Origin: Gammaproteobacteria bacterium
GTDB lineage: Bacteria > Pseudomonadota > Gammaproteobacteria > Steroidobacterales > Woeseiaceae
Assembly (NCBI GenBank): GCA_029881055.1
Contig: JAOUNH010000001.1
Location: 1 to 63,111, forward strand
Reading direction: 5' to 3'
Length of the DNA stretch: 63,111 bases
Numbering within the stretch: position 1 is the stretch's first letter; each line of letters opens with the position of its first letter. The position numbers and the translations under genes are program-made. The notes below the pieces were generated by a model, which had not been told where the DNA came from, made no database searches, and was given only the letters and a program-made list of their open reading frames with translations. Below, piece by piece: positions 52,843 to 63,111 of the stretch.

Positions 52843-54162
52843 ATGACGTATTTTAAGGGCCTTATGCGCCCCGATCGCCGACAGTTCTCACGCCGCACCC
52901 GAGTTTGCCAAACCCTCACGGGTTTTGCCTTACTGTTGTTGCTGGAACCTCTTTACGCCGGCGAAGCGGAGATCGACCAGTCGGACGACGGCAGCGTTAC
53001 CGTTGAGAATTCGATTCTGGATGACGAGTCCCCGTCAGGCGAGTCGCCGCTATTGCCGGAGAATCTTCTCGACCCCGGCCTCGCGCACATTTACATGGGG
53101 CCATTGGCCGATGCCGTTTCGGACGCTCACGGCAAGGCAACACCACTGCATTTGCTGGACACCGATATTGAACCCGGTACCTCGCAGCGATTAACGTGGT
53201 CGGCAACCGAACTATTTGACGGCGTTTCAGTTTCGACGCCTGTGCTGGTGGCAAACGGCGCGGCACCGGGCCCGACCTTGTGCCTGACGGCGGCCGTACA
53301 CGGTGACGAACTCAATGGTATCGAGATGGTACGACGTGTTTTCCACGACCTCGATCCGTCGAATCTCTCGGGCGCACTCATCGGAATTCCGATCGTGAAC
53401 GTGCAGGGCTTTCGCCGCGAGTCTCGTTATCTTCCCGACCGGCGCGATCTGAATCGGTATTTTCCGGGTAATCCGACTGGCAGCTCGGCCGCACGCATTG
53501 CGTACTCCCTGTTCAATGACGTCATCAAGCACTGCGACGCGCTCGTCGATCTGCACACGGGCTCATTTGAGCGCGCCAACCTGCCCCAGCTTCGGGCTGA
53601 CCTGCGCGATCCGGATGTCCTGACGCTGACGCACGGATTTGGTGCCGTGGTGGTCCTGCACAGCAAACCGGGTGTGGGCACCTTGCGCTATGCGGCGCAG
53701 CTGGCTGGCATACCCGCCGTTACGCTCGAGGCCGGTGGCCCGTCTGAACTAGAGCTGGCCGAAGTGATTCATGGCGTCAAAGGTATTGAAACGCTGCTTA
53801 CCACGCTGGGCATGACGCGGCGGGTTCGCCTGTGGGGAGACCCCGAACCCGTCTACTACCGCTCGTCCTGGGTACGCGCCAATAATGGTGGCATCCTGCT
53901 GTCGAATGTTTCGCTCGGCAGCACGGTGCGCAAGGGCGACCTGTTAGGCGCCGTCACCGATCCGATGAGCAATGTTCGTTCCGAATTGCGCTCACCGTAC
54001 TCGGGTCGCGTCATCGGAATGGCCCGCAACCAGGTTGTGATGCCCGGTTTCGCTGCCTTCCACGTGGGTATCGAGACTGACGAAGCCAGTGCGAGTCAGC
54101 AGGAACAGGAAGTCGTACAAAAACGCCCCCAAGGTGGTTACCTCGACAGTATGTCCGAGTAG
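52843..54162 (+). CDS. Succinylglutamate desuccinylase/aspartoacylase (M14-like) family protein
   Basis: The AstE/AspA-type zinc site context is AAVHGDELNGIEMV ... DLHTG. A C-terminal beta domain and an N-terminal export-like segment are present. Confidence 0.75.
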   Translation: MTYFKGLMRPDRRQFSRRTRVCQTLTGFALLLLLEPLYAGEAEIDQSDDGSVTVENSILDDESPSGESPLLPENLLDPGLAHIYMGPLADAVSDAHGKATPLHLLDTDIEPGTSQRLTWSATELFDGVSVSTPVLVANGAAPGPTLCLTAAVHGDELNGIEMVRRVFHDLDPSNLSGALIGIPIVNVQGFRRESRYLPDRRDLNRYFPGNPTGSSAARIAYSLFNDVIKHCDALVDLHTGSFERANLPQLRADLRDPDVLTLTHGFGAVVVLHSKPGVGTLRYAAQLAGIPAVTLEAGGPSELELAEVIHGVKGIETLLTTLGMTRRVRLWGDPEPVYYRSSWVRANNGGILLSNVSLGSTVRKGDLLGAVTDPMSNVRSELRSPYSGRVIGMARNQVVMPGFAAFHVGIETDEASASQQEQEVVQKRPQGGYLDSMSE

Positions 54163-54174
54163 ACTGCGGTCGCA

Positions 54175-55113
54175 ATGACCGCCAATCGCCGACCCCTGCA
54201 CACTTATTGGAGCCCGAAATACTGGCCGACCTGGATCGGCATGGGATTGTTGCGCCTCGCCTGCGTGCTGCCACACCGAGCAGCGCTTGCCGTGGGTCGC
54301 GGTATCGGCAGGCTGGCACACCGGCTCGGCGGATCCCGGCGTGCTGTCGTACGCCGCAACATCGAACTGTGTTTTCCGGATCTGGGCCCGGGTGAGCGCG
54401 ATGCGCTTGCACTGGAGCATTTCAAGGCACTGGGGATGATGCTGATCGAGATGGGACTCGGGCGCTGGGCCAGCGACCGGCGCCTTGCCGCGATCACGAC
54501 ACTCAAAGGAACCGAGCACGTAAACCGGGCCATCGAAAACGGGCAAGGCGTGATCCTGCTCGCCGGTCACTTCACGACTCTCGAAATCAGCGGCCGGATA
54601 CTGGCGACCCGGATTCCGCCTTTCGACGGCGTCTATCGCAAGAATCGCAGCGAATTCGTTACCGAACTGCAGCGTAGCGGTCGCGAGCGCACCGTCGCGG
54701 CGACCATAGAAAAACGCGACATCAAGAAAGTGGTTCGCAGCCTGCGCGAATGCCGGCCGGTCTGGTATGCACCTGACCAGAGTTACAACCGCAAAGGCGC
54801 GGAGGTCATACCTTTCTTCGGTGTGCCATCAATGCAGACGACCGCGACCTCGACACTGGCACGTCTCGGCAATGCTGTCGTCATTCCCTTTTTCCCGCGC
54901 CGACTGAAAGACGGCAGCTACGAGATGACCCTGCTACCACCATTCGAGGACTTTCCGAGCGACGATGCGGCCGCTGACACGCTGCGCTACAACGCAGTGC
55001 TCGAGGCGCATATACGACGTTGCCCGGAGCAGTATTTCTGGATACACAGGAAATTCAAGGACCTTCCGGACGGCTACCCGGATTACTACAGCGATCTGGA
55101 TGCGTTGAAATAA
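54175..55113 (+). CDS. lpxL: Lipid A biosynthesis lauroyl/myristoyl (Kdo2-lipid IVA) acyltransferase
   Basis: The LpxL/HtrB pattern is present: N-terminal WPTWIGMGLLRL, catalytic HFTTLE (HX4E/D) and PDQ. Confidence 0.86.
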   Translation: MTANRRPLHTYWSPKYWPTWIGMGLLRLACVLPHRAALAVGRGIGRLAHRLGGSRRAVVRRNIELCFPDLGPGERDALALEHFKALGMMLIEMGLGRWASDRRLAAITTLKGTEHVNRAIENGQGVILLAGHFTTLEISGRILATRIPPFDGVYRKNRSEFVTELQRSGRERTVAATIEKRDIKKVVRSLRECRPVWYAPDQSYNRKGAEVIPFFGVPSMQTTATSTLARLGNAVVIPFFPRRLKDGSYEMTLLPPFEDFPSDDAAADTLRYNAVLEAHIRRCPEQYFWIHRKFKDLPDGYPDYYSDLDALK

Positions 55114-55817
55114 CCCTCCAGCAGCTGCTCCCAGTTTGCCCCCCTGAAATACAGTTTTGGATTCAGGCCAAGGATCTTTTTCAGGGATCGGTGCAGTCTT
55201 TCCAGCGTTTGCTGCTGCCATGCCCCCGGCGCACGCAACTCGCCTTTGTCGAAGTCCAGCATCCAGATATCACCGTCCTTGTCGACCTGCACGTTATAAG
55301 CGTTCATGTCTGCGTGATAAACGCCGGCACGATGAAATTTCCAAATCGCAGCACCCAAAGACTGCCAAAACGCGTCACCGCGTTCCTTCGTCGCAATGTA
55401 CTCCGACAACGACACGACGTCCGGTATACGAACGGTAATAATGTCGGCCGTGTAAAACGTCCCACGACGACAAAAGCGCGCGGCGGCGGGCCGCGGAACA
55501 TTCATATTGTTGGCCGCGAGTTTGTCGAGCAAGCGCCATTCCAGGAAGGAGCGCGTCAAATCCTCGCCAGAGAAAATGTAGGAATCGCGGAGAACTTTTC
55601 CGACCAGACCACCGCGCATATAGTGCCGCAGAACGAATTGACGGGGCACATTGCCTACATACCTCGTATTACCACGTCCGGCAGACCGTAGTGGTCCGGT
55701 CAGTATTTCCGAATGCGGCCAGCCCTCCGCCGTAAAGCGCTCGGGCGAAATATGGTTGATGATCGCCTTATCGTATAGGATGGCGCCGTTCCTGGTTCTT
55801 TCGACGGTTTCGGTCAA
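55086..55817 (-). CDS. kdkA: 3-deoxy-D-manno-octulosonic acid (Kdo) kinase
   Basis: 243 aa with a kinase catalytic loop (GVYHADMNAYNVQVD...MLDFDKG) typical of KdkA. It sits among LPS core genes, and its 3' end overlaps convergent lpxL by 28 nt. Confidence 0.82.
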   Translation of the reverse strand: MTETVERTRNGAILYDKAIINHISPERFTAEGWPHSEILTGPLRSAGRGNTRYVGNVPRQFVLRHYMRGGLVGKVLRDSYIFSGEDLTRSFLEWRLLDKLAANNMNVPRPAAARFCRRGTFYTADIITVRIPDVVSLSEYIATKERGDAFWQSLGAAIWKFHRAGVYHADMNAYNVQVDKDGDIWMLDFDKGELRAPGAWQQQTLERLHRSLKKILGLNPKLYFRGANWEQLLEGYFNASRSL

Positions 55818-55835
55818 CGGGTCCGTCCTTTTCTA

Positions 55836-56912
55836 TTGTCAAATCTGATATTGAATAGTCCGCCGGAAAGAATTTGCGTCATTCGTCTCTCCGCGATCGG
55901 TGACACCTGTCATGCGCTGGCAGTCGTTCGTCGTATACAGGATTCACAACCCGCTGCGAAGATTACTTGGATTATCGGCAAGACTGAAGCCTCGCTCATG
56001 GCCGGCATACCGGACATCGAGTTTATCATCTTCGATAAATCCAAAGGCCGTTCCGCCTATCAAGACGTGCGCGCCCAGCTCGCCGGTCGATCATTTGATA
56101 TTGCGCTCTGCATGCATGCCTCCATGCGGGCGAATTTCCTGTGCCTGTCAATAAAGGCGCCAATACGACTGGGATTCGACAGAAAAAGAGCCAAGGACTT
56201 TCAGTGGCTGTTCACCAACCGCCGCATTGATCCGGCACCCGGGCAGCACGCGCTCGAGGCAATGATGTCCTTCGCTGTTGCGATCGGCGCCAAACCGCAG
56301 CCGATTCGTTGGGACATTCCTCTCGACGAAGACGTGCAGGAATTTGCCGCCGATTTCAGGAGTCCGAACAAACCGCTGGTGGTCATCAGTCCCTGCAGCA
56401 GTAATCGCAGTCGAAATTTTCGTAACTGGAGCGTCGAGCGCTACCGCGCGGCGATTCAACACTTGCGTAACAAGGGCGCAAGAGTCGTACTGACAGGCGG
56501 GCGCAGCGAGCTGGAACTCGAATACGGGACGGCGCTCGCCGCGGACGGTGCGGCGGACAACCTTATTGGCAAGACCTCGCTGAAGCAGCTGGCCGCATTG
56601 ATCGCTGCAGCGGACCTCGTCATCTGTCCCGATTCCGGGCCCGCGCACATGGCAACGGCGTTTGCTACACCAGTACTGGGCCTGTATGCGACATCGAACC
56701 CTGATCGCACGGGTCCGTACGCATCGCGCGAGCTCACCGTCAATCGCTATCCCGACGCCGTTCGCCAGTACCTCGGCAAGTCAGTGCAGCAACTGCGTTG
56801 GGGGCAGCGAGTGCGGCATCCGGATGCAATGGACCTCATTACGGCGGACGAGGTTATCGGCAAAATCGACGGCTACTTTGACCTGGAATCCAGGCCGGGC
56901 AAGCGCGCATGA
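55836..56912 (+). CDS. Glycosyltransferase family 9 (LPS heptosyltransferase-like)
   Basis: The N-terminal pattern is ICVIRLSAIGDTCHALAVVRRI and the C-terminal pattern is PDSGPAHMATAFATPVLGLY. Confidence 0.85.
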   Translation: MSNLILNSPPERICVIRLSAIGDTCHALAVVRRIQDSQPAAKITWIIGKTEASLMAGIPDIEFIIFDKSKGRSAYQDVRAQLAGRSFDIALCMHASMRANFLCLSIKAPIRLGFDRKRAKDFQWLFTNRRIDPAPGQHALEAMMSFAVAIGAKPQPIRWDIPLDEDVQEFAADFRSPNKPLVVISPCSSNRSRNFRNWSVERYRAAIQHLRNKGARVVLTGGRSELELEYGTALAADGAADNLIGKTSLKQLAALIAAADLVICPDSGPAHMATAFATPVLGLYATSNPDRTGPYASRELTVNRYPDAVRQYLGKSVQQLRWGQRVRHPDAMDLITADEVIGKIDGYFDLESRPGKRA

Positions 56913-57864
56913 AACTCTCGATCATCACCGTCAATTACCGTTCATGGGGACACCTTGAAGCGGCGTTGAATGCTCTGGCAGGCGAGTTTCCCGAGGACTG
57001 GGAAATGATCGTGGTCGACAACGAATCGAATCCTCGCGACTTCGAGCCCTTCGCCGCCCGCTTCCCCTGGGTCACTTTCATCGCCAATCCGAAAAACAGC
57101 GGATTCGGTCACGGCTGCAATATTGGCGTCGCGAGAGCCAGTGGCGAGCAACTGCTTTTTATGAATCCTGACGTCATAGCGAAGCCCGACGATATTCAGA
57201 GGCTGATCGAAATCAAGGCGCAACAACACATCGGTATCGTCGCACCGAAGCAGGTGTCAGTGGCGGGCAAGCCGCAAAAGGTCTTCGACGACTTCCCAAG
57301 CCTTCTGAACCAGAGCAAGACTCTCAAGGCCGCACTGCGATTCTTGCTGCCGTCGCGGTTTCTCGATCCGCGAGCGGATTATAAGAACCTCACCATTTGC
57401 GATTGGGTCACGGGCTCGGTGCTGCTGATCGATCGCGCGGACTTCGACGCTATCGGTGGCTGGTCCGAGGACTACTGGATGTATGTCGAAGACGCCGATC
57501 TATGTCGCAAGGCCCACTATTGCGGCATGAGCGTCGCTTATGCGCCCGAAGTCGAAGTCATTCACGTTCACGGTGGTTCGAGCCGCCTGAATGTTGATGT
57601 GAAGTCCATGACCAAGCTGGAAGTGATCATTTCCAAACACGTCTACACAAGACACCATGCTCGTGGCCTCAAACGATGGCTGACGCACACGCTGATTATT
57701 TTGCTGCGCGTCCCGGCCCTTGTTCTGGCTGCAGTGGTGGATTTGCTGACGCTGCGGCAGGTGCCTGTACTCCGGGTTCGAAGCCGCATGTTGGTGGGCT
57801 TGCTGCAGTATTACGCGGGAGTGATCAGGACCGGCTCATGGCTCAGCCCGCGTGCATTGGCGAA

Positions 57865-57883
<19 letters not shown>
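56909..57883 (+). CDS. Glycosyltransferase family 2
   Basis: LSIITVNY...VVDNES...NSGFGHGCN...FMNPD (DxD-like) are typical of GT2. The start overlaps the GT9 stop by 4 nt. Confidence 0.85.
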
Positions 57884-58979
<1,096 letters not shown>

Positions 58980-58983
<4 letters not shown>

Positions 58984-59885
58984 TCTGGAAGTGCCTCATC
59001 GAGCACGGCCAGCAGATATTCGCCATAGCCGTTTTTGCCCAGGTTTTTGGCCAAGGTCGCGAGCTGCTGGGCGTCTATCATGCCGTTGTCGTAGGCGATT
59101 TCCTCGGGACAGCAGATCTTAAGCCCTTGACGCTGCTCAATAATCTGTACGAACTGGGCGGCCTCAAGCAGTGAGTCATGCGTGCCCGTATCGAGCCAGG
59201 CCGCGCCTCTGCCCATGAGTTCAACGCGCAGCTCGTCGAGCTCGAGATACAAGCGGTTGATGTCGGTAATTTCGAGCTCGCCGCGCGCCGACGGCTTCAG
59301 ATTCCTGGCCATGTCGACCACTTGCGCATCGTAAAAATAAAGTCCCGTTACGGCATAGTTCGATTTTGGTTTGGCCGGCTTTTCCTCGATGCCTATCGCT
59401 TTGCCCGCGGCGTCAAATTGCACGACGCCGTAACGCTGCGGATCCTTTACGTGGTACGCAAATACTGTCGCGCCTGCCGAGTTCTCGGCGACAGATCGCA
59501 GCTGCTGCTGCAGACCGTGGCCGTAAAAAATATTGTCGCCCAAAACCAGCGCGACTGAATCGCCCGCGATGAATTCTTCGCCAATGATAAAGGCCTGCGC
59601 GAGACCGCCAGGCTCGGGTTGGACGGTATAGGAAATCGAGATTCCCCACTGGCGGCCATCACCGAGCAGCTTTTTGAATGCCCCCTGGTCGTCCGGGGTG
59701 GTGATCACGAGGATTTCTTGGATACCCGCCATCATGAGCGTCGACAGCGGGTAATAAATCATCGGTTTGTCGTAGATCGGCATCAGTTGCTTACTGACTG
59801 ACAGCGTCAGGGGATGCAAGCGCGAACCGGTGCCGCCGGCAAGAATAATTCCCTTTGTCGTTCGTCCACTCGTCATCTTTATCAT
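58980..59885 (-). CDS. rfbA: Glucose-1-phosphate thymidylyltransferase
   Basis: [17 protein letters not shown] and the rest of the RmlA body are present. The track ORF start (59984) lies inside the upstream gene, so I prefer the ATG at 59885 (or 59876). Confidence 0.93.
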
Positions 59886-59892
59886 CGCAATC

Positions 59893-61221
59893 TCATGTCC
59901 TTCCTTCGCCGCCGACAACTCGGAAACCGGGAATCGGCAAGATGTATTTTCCGCCTGCGGTACTGAAATCACCGGTGCTCGCAATTATGTCTTTTGCGAA
60001 ATTCCAGGCGAGAATCAGCAGGTAATCAGGAGGATCCTCCGCCAGTACCTTGCGACTGACTATCGGTATTCCCGTACCCGGAGAATATCGGCCAATCTTC
60101 TCCGGCGTATCGTCCACGATGTAGTCCACCGTATCGGTATCGAAACGACAAGCATTCAACAAGGTATTGCCTTTCGCTGATGCCGCGAACGCCGCAATTC
60201 TTGCGCCGCCTTTTTTCAGTGCGCTGATTTGTTGAACCAGGTCGGCGATCAGGTCGTCGATCTCTTGATTCCAGGCCTCGTAGACCCCGACGTCGTGGTA
60301 ACCCTCTTCTTTTTCCCTGGCAACAAATGCCGCGACCGACGGCAGGACCGCACGGCTGCCCTTGTTGCCGATAAAAACACGTATTGTTCCGCCGTGAATG
60401 TCCTGCTTTTGCACATCAAAGACGATCATGTCGAGACTCTCCGCCAGCCGCCGTACAGGCTCAAGCAGGACGTAGCTCAGGTGCTCGAAGTAAATTGTGT
60501 CGAATTCCCGATGCTCGATGAAATCCACACCGTAGGGAAATTCGAGCATTAGCGTACCGTCCTCGGCCAGGCAGTTTTTTGCAGCCCGGACAAAACCACG
60601 CACGTCGTCGACGTGCGCGAAGACATTGGTTGCCGTGATCAGGGCCGGTCTGCCGTGCTCGGCAATGACCTGGTCCGCAGCCTCCGGACCCCAGAATTTC
60701 GTAATCGTCGGCACGCCCTGCGCCTCGGCAATGGCCGCCAGGTTCTCGGCCGGATCCACGTTCACCACGCTGACACCAAGCTCGTCCTTGAACACCGACA
60801 GCAACGCACCGTCATTGCCCGCAATGTCGACAACAAGATCGCCCCGTTTCAGGCCCAGCGAGTCACCCAATGATCTCGCCATAGCCCGACAATGTTCCAG
60901 ATAGGCCTTACTGATCGAGGACCGATACGCGTAGTTTGAGAACATTTTGCGCGGATCGATGACAACGGTCAGCTGCGACAGGCTGCAATCACGACAGAAC
61001 TGTACCTGCATCGGGTAACGCTGCATTTCCTTCGCGTCGCGCGCGTTCGCGGCCAGATTGTTGGCCAACGGCAGCAGGCCGAGATCGAGGTAATTCAAGA
61101 GATCAGTGCTGTCACATATTCTGCAATGGGTGACTTCACGAACGATGCCGCTATTATTGTGCTTCACGTTTTGGAGGCTGCCTTCTGAGGAATGAGCGAA
61201 TTGTACGCGGTAGGCTGGCAA
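59893..61221 (-). CDS. NDP-hexose C-methyltransferase-like enzyme (zinc-ribbon + class I SAM MTase + C-methyltransferase C-terminal domain)
   Basis: It has an N-terminal Cys4 (CRICDS...CRDCSLSQL) and a SAM motif ([12 protein letters not shown]). The C-terminal pattern [41 protein letters not shown] is characteristic of the TylCIII/NovU-type family. It is in an operon with rfbA-rfbB. Confidence 0.78.
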   Translation of the reverse strand: MPAYRVQFAHSSEGSLQNVKHNNSGIVREVTHCRICDSTDLLNYLDLGLLPLANNLAANARDAKEMQRYPMQVQFCRDCSLSQLTVVIDPRKMFSNYAYRSSISKAYLEHCRAMARSLGDSLGLKRGDLVVDIAGNDGALLSVFKDELGVSVVNVDPAENLAAIAEAQGVPTITKFWGPEAADQVIAEHGRPALITATNVFAHVDDVRGFVRAAKNCLAEDGTLMLEFPYGVDFIEHREFDTIYFEHLSYVLLEPVRRLAESLDMIVFDVQKQDIHGGTIRVFIGNKGSRAVLPSVAAFVAREKEEGYHDVGVYEAWNQEIDDLIADLVQQISALKKGGARIAAFAASAKGNTLLNACRFDTDTVDYIVDDTPEKIGRYSPGTGIPIVSRKVLAEDPPDYLLILAWNFAKDIIASTGDFSTAGGKYILPIPGFRVVGGEGRT

Positions 61222-61313
61222 TAATCATCGCGGTCGCACAGGAATCCACTGAATTTTGCGCTGGATTCGGGCATCATTCGCAGCAAAGTCCGCCCTGACC
61301 TATACGGAATATC

Positions 61314-62141
61314 ATGAGAAAACTACTCAACAGACTGCTCGTCAAATTCGGTTTGCTATTAACGAAGGCACCGACGCTGCTGGCTGACAAAAACTTGACG
61401 ACGTCTCAGGCCTTTCCGCTCGGGCTGACCGAAAAAGTGACCGTTAACGCAAGCAAGGACGCACCGGATAACGAACTCTTCGATATTTTTTCCGCCGACA
61501 CCAATGTTCACAAGTGGCATCACTACTTCGACATCTACACGAAGCATTTCGAAGCCTATCGTCATCGGCCGATTCGCATGCTTGAAATCGGCGTATTCCG
61601 CGGTGGTTCACTCCGAATGTGGAAGGAGTACTTTCACCCCGACTCCGTCATCGTCGGCATCGATATCGACAACTCCTGCAAAGCGCATGAGATCGCGGAT
61701 AGAAAGGTGTTCGTCAGAATCGGTAGCCAGGCGGATCCGGAATTTCTATTGGCAGTAACCGAAGAATTCGGTCCCTTCGACATTATTCTCGACGACGGCA
61801 GCCACAAGACACACCATCAAAACATCAGTTTCGGCGCACTATTCCGCGACGCCCTGACAGACGGCGGTTGCTACATGGTCGAGGATGTTCACACCAATTA
61901 CTGGCTTAAACACGTCGACAGTGAAGACACATTCATCGACCTCGCCAAACAAATGGTCGACATGCTTCATGAGCCGTACTTCGATCGCAAGGAAACCAAC
62001 TTTCGTCTCGGCCATCCGGACGCTGTGGAAGCGATGGAATTGAGTTACCTGGCCGCCAATATCGCCAGTGTCGCGTTCTACGATTCCATCGTCGTAATCG
62101 ACAAGAAGAAAAAAGTCCTGCCCAGGTCCGAACTGCGATAA
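61314..62141 (+). CDS. Class I SAM-dependent methyltransferase (sugar O-methyltransferase-like)
   Basis: The pattern HKWHHYFDIYTKHF ... MLEIGVFRGGSLRMW ... VGIDI ... IILDDGSH is seen in deoxysugar/LPS O-methyltransferase-type proteins. The exact specificity is unknown. Confidence 0.65.
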   Translation: MRKLLNRLLVKFGLLLTKAPTLLADKNLTTSQAFPLGLTEKVTVNASKDAPDNELFDIFSADTNVHKWHHYFDIYTKHFEAYRHRPIRMLEIGVFRGGSLRMWKEYFHPDSVIVGIDIDNSCKAHEIADRKVFVRIGSQADPEFLLAVTEEFGPFDIILDDGSHKTHHQNISFGALFRDALTDGGCYMVEDVHTNYWLKHVDSEDTFIDLAKQMVDMLHEPYFDRKETNFRLGHPDAVEAMELSYLAANIASVAFYDSIVVIDKKKKVLPRSELR

Positions 62142-62146
62142 TCCCT

Positions 62147-63111
62147 GTGCGAGTATTGTGCATCAATGGCGAAAGCGATCCGGCGGAGACCGGCTCGTTC
62201 ATCGAGATGCACCGCATGGGCGTCGATATTACCGTGATCACCTGGCCTGGCACGGTCAATCACGATGCCCTGGTCGCTGCCGGCGTGCCAACTATCCCCT
62301 ATGTCCTGAAGTGGAAGCTCAGCCTGCCCTGCATTCGTTTTATTCGCAATGAACTGAAGCGCGGGCAGTACGACATACTGCATATGCTGGACAAGCGCGC
62401 GACCATGAACGGGCTTATGGCCTCGATAGGAATGGACATCAAGCTGGTCGCTTACCGCGGCATCATTGGCAACATCGCTTACTGGAGTCCACAGTCCTGG
62501 CTGTATCTCCTGAACCCGCGGCTCGATCGCATCATCTGCGTTTGCGAGGCCATACGGCGCAGCTTGCTCGACCTGGGCATGCCCGGCCTGCGTTTGCGGC
62601 GCGATGTACCGGTGACAATACACAAAGGTCACAAGCCGGAACTGTATGCGGGCGAAGCCGAGGATCTCGCGCAGTTTGGCATTCCGGACGGCGCATTTGT
62701 TGTGGCGTGCACGGCGCGCGCTGTGCCCAGGAAGGGAATACCGGTATTCATAGCAGCGATCGACGGCCTGCCGCCCGGACTCAATATTCATGTCCTGATG
62801 GCTGGCACGAATATGGACAGTCCCTTGCATCAGCAGCTGGTGGCGAAGAACAGCTACCGGGATAACATCCACCTGTACGGCTTTCTCAAGCGTATGCCCT
62901 GGATTTTGAAAGGCGTCGATGTCTCGGTATTGCCCTCGTTGAAACGTGAAGGCCTGCCGCGCGCCATGCTGGAAGCTATGATCGCCGGTGTGGTCCCCAT
63001 CGTCACAAATTCAGGTGGCAGCCCCGAGCTCGTCGAGAAAGACGTTTCCGGCTTCGTCGTTGAACCCGGTGATCCGGGCGCGATTCGCGAAAAAATTCTT
63101 GAGCTGTATCG
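62147..63111 (+). CDS. Glycosyltransferase family 4 (GT-B, GT1-type), 3' end outside window
   Basis: A GTG start lies 6 nt after the preceding stop, and the frame stays open to the window edge. The C-terminal part has the EGLPRAMLEAM...G.PIV motif. It is absent from the track because it has no stop. Confidence 0.8.
   Translation, partial: MRVLCINGESDPAETGSFIEMHRMGVDITVITWPGTVNHDALVAAGVPTIPYVLKWKLSLPCIRFIRNELKRGQYDILHMLDKRATMNGLMASIGMDIKLVAYRGIIGNIAYWSPQSWLYLLNPRLDRIICVCEAIRRSLLDLGMPGLRLRRDVPVTIHKGHKPELYAGEAEDLAQFGIPDGAFVVACTARAVPRKGIPVFIAAIDGLPPGLNIHVLMAGTNMDSPLHQQLVAKNSYRDNIHLYGFLKRMPWILKGVDVSVLPSLKREGLPRAMLEAMIAGVVPIVTNSGGSPELVEKDVSGFVVEPGDPGAIREKILELY

Overview
This is a 63-kb chromosomal segment from a moderately GC-rich gammaproteobacterium with Pseudomonas-type synteny: pilGHIJ-chpA next to gshB-tonB-yqgE-ruvX-pyrB, and pilT/pilU next to yggS-proC-yggT. 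I call about 68 CDS. They include a complete Pil-Chp twitching-motility chemosensory cluster (20.8-30.0 kb) and three tandem PilT-family ATPases (35.1-38.4 kb). Housekeeping genes include tyrA, frmA, ggt-like, ampD/ampE, rsmE, gshB, pyrB, proC, htpG, msrB, ppnN and mltD. Components of a FecCD/BtuF/BtuD-type ABC importer and a PduO-type corrinoid adenosyltransferase are scattered through the window. An LPS core/sugar cluster lies at the 3' end (lpxL, kdkA, GT9, GT2, rmlA/rmlB, a sugar C-methyltransferase, a second methyltransferase, GT4). I found no rRNA, tRNA, CRISPR array, transposase or integrase, and no convincing defence-island-like multigene system. The most interesting unexplained signals are listed below.

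- A perfect sigma-54 promoter motif, followed by an A-rich tract with AAnAAnAA motifs and an intrinsic terminator, sits in the otherwise empty 570-bp gap at 8.04-8.6 kb. It could be a CrcZ-like sRNA or a long regulated leader.
- A roughly 115-bp nested direct/inverted repeat element lies immediately after gshB.
- pyrB is translationally coupled to a PyrK-like Fe-S flavoprotein, in the position where Pseudomonas has pyrC'.
- A cluster of tandem paralogous membrane proteins sits with PH-domain and SIMPL proteins.
- A membrane-anchored coiled-coil/acidic/HhH protein is coupled to an OmpA-family protein.
- An rmlAB plus C-methyltransferase operon suggests a branched-chain methylated deoxysugar.

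All functional calls rest on motif and family recognition by eye. No database search was run.
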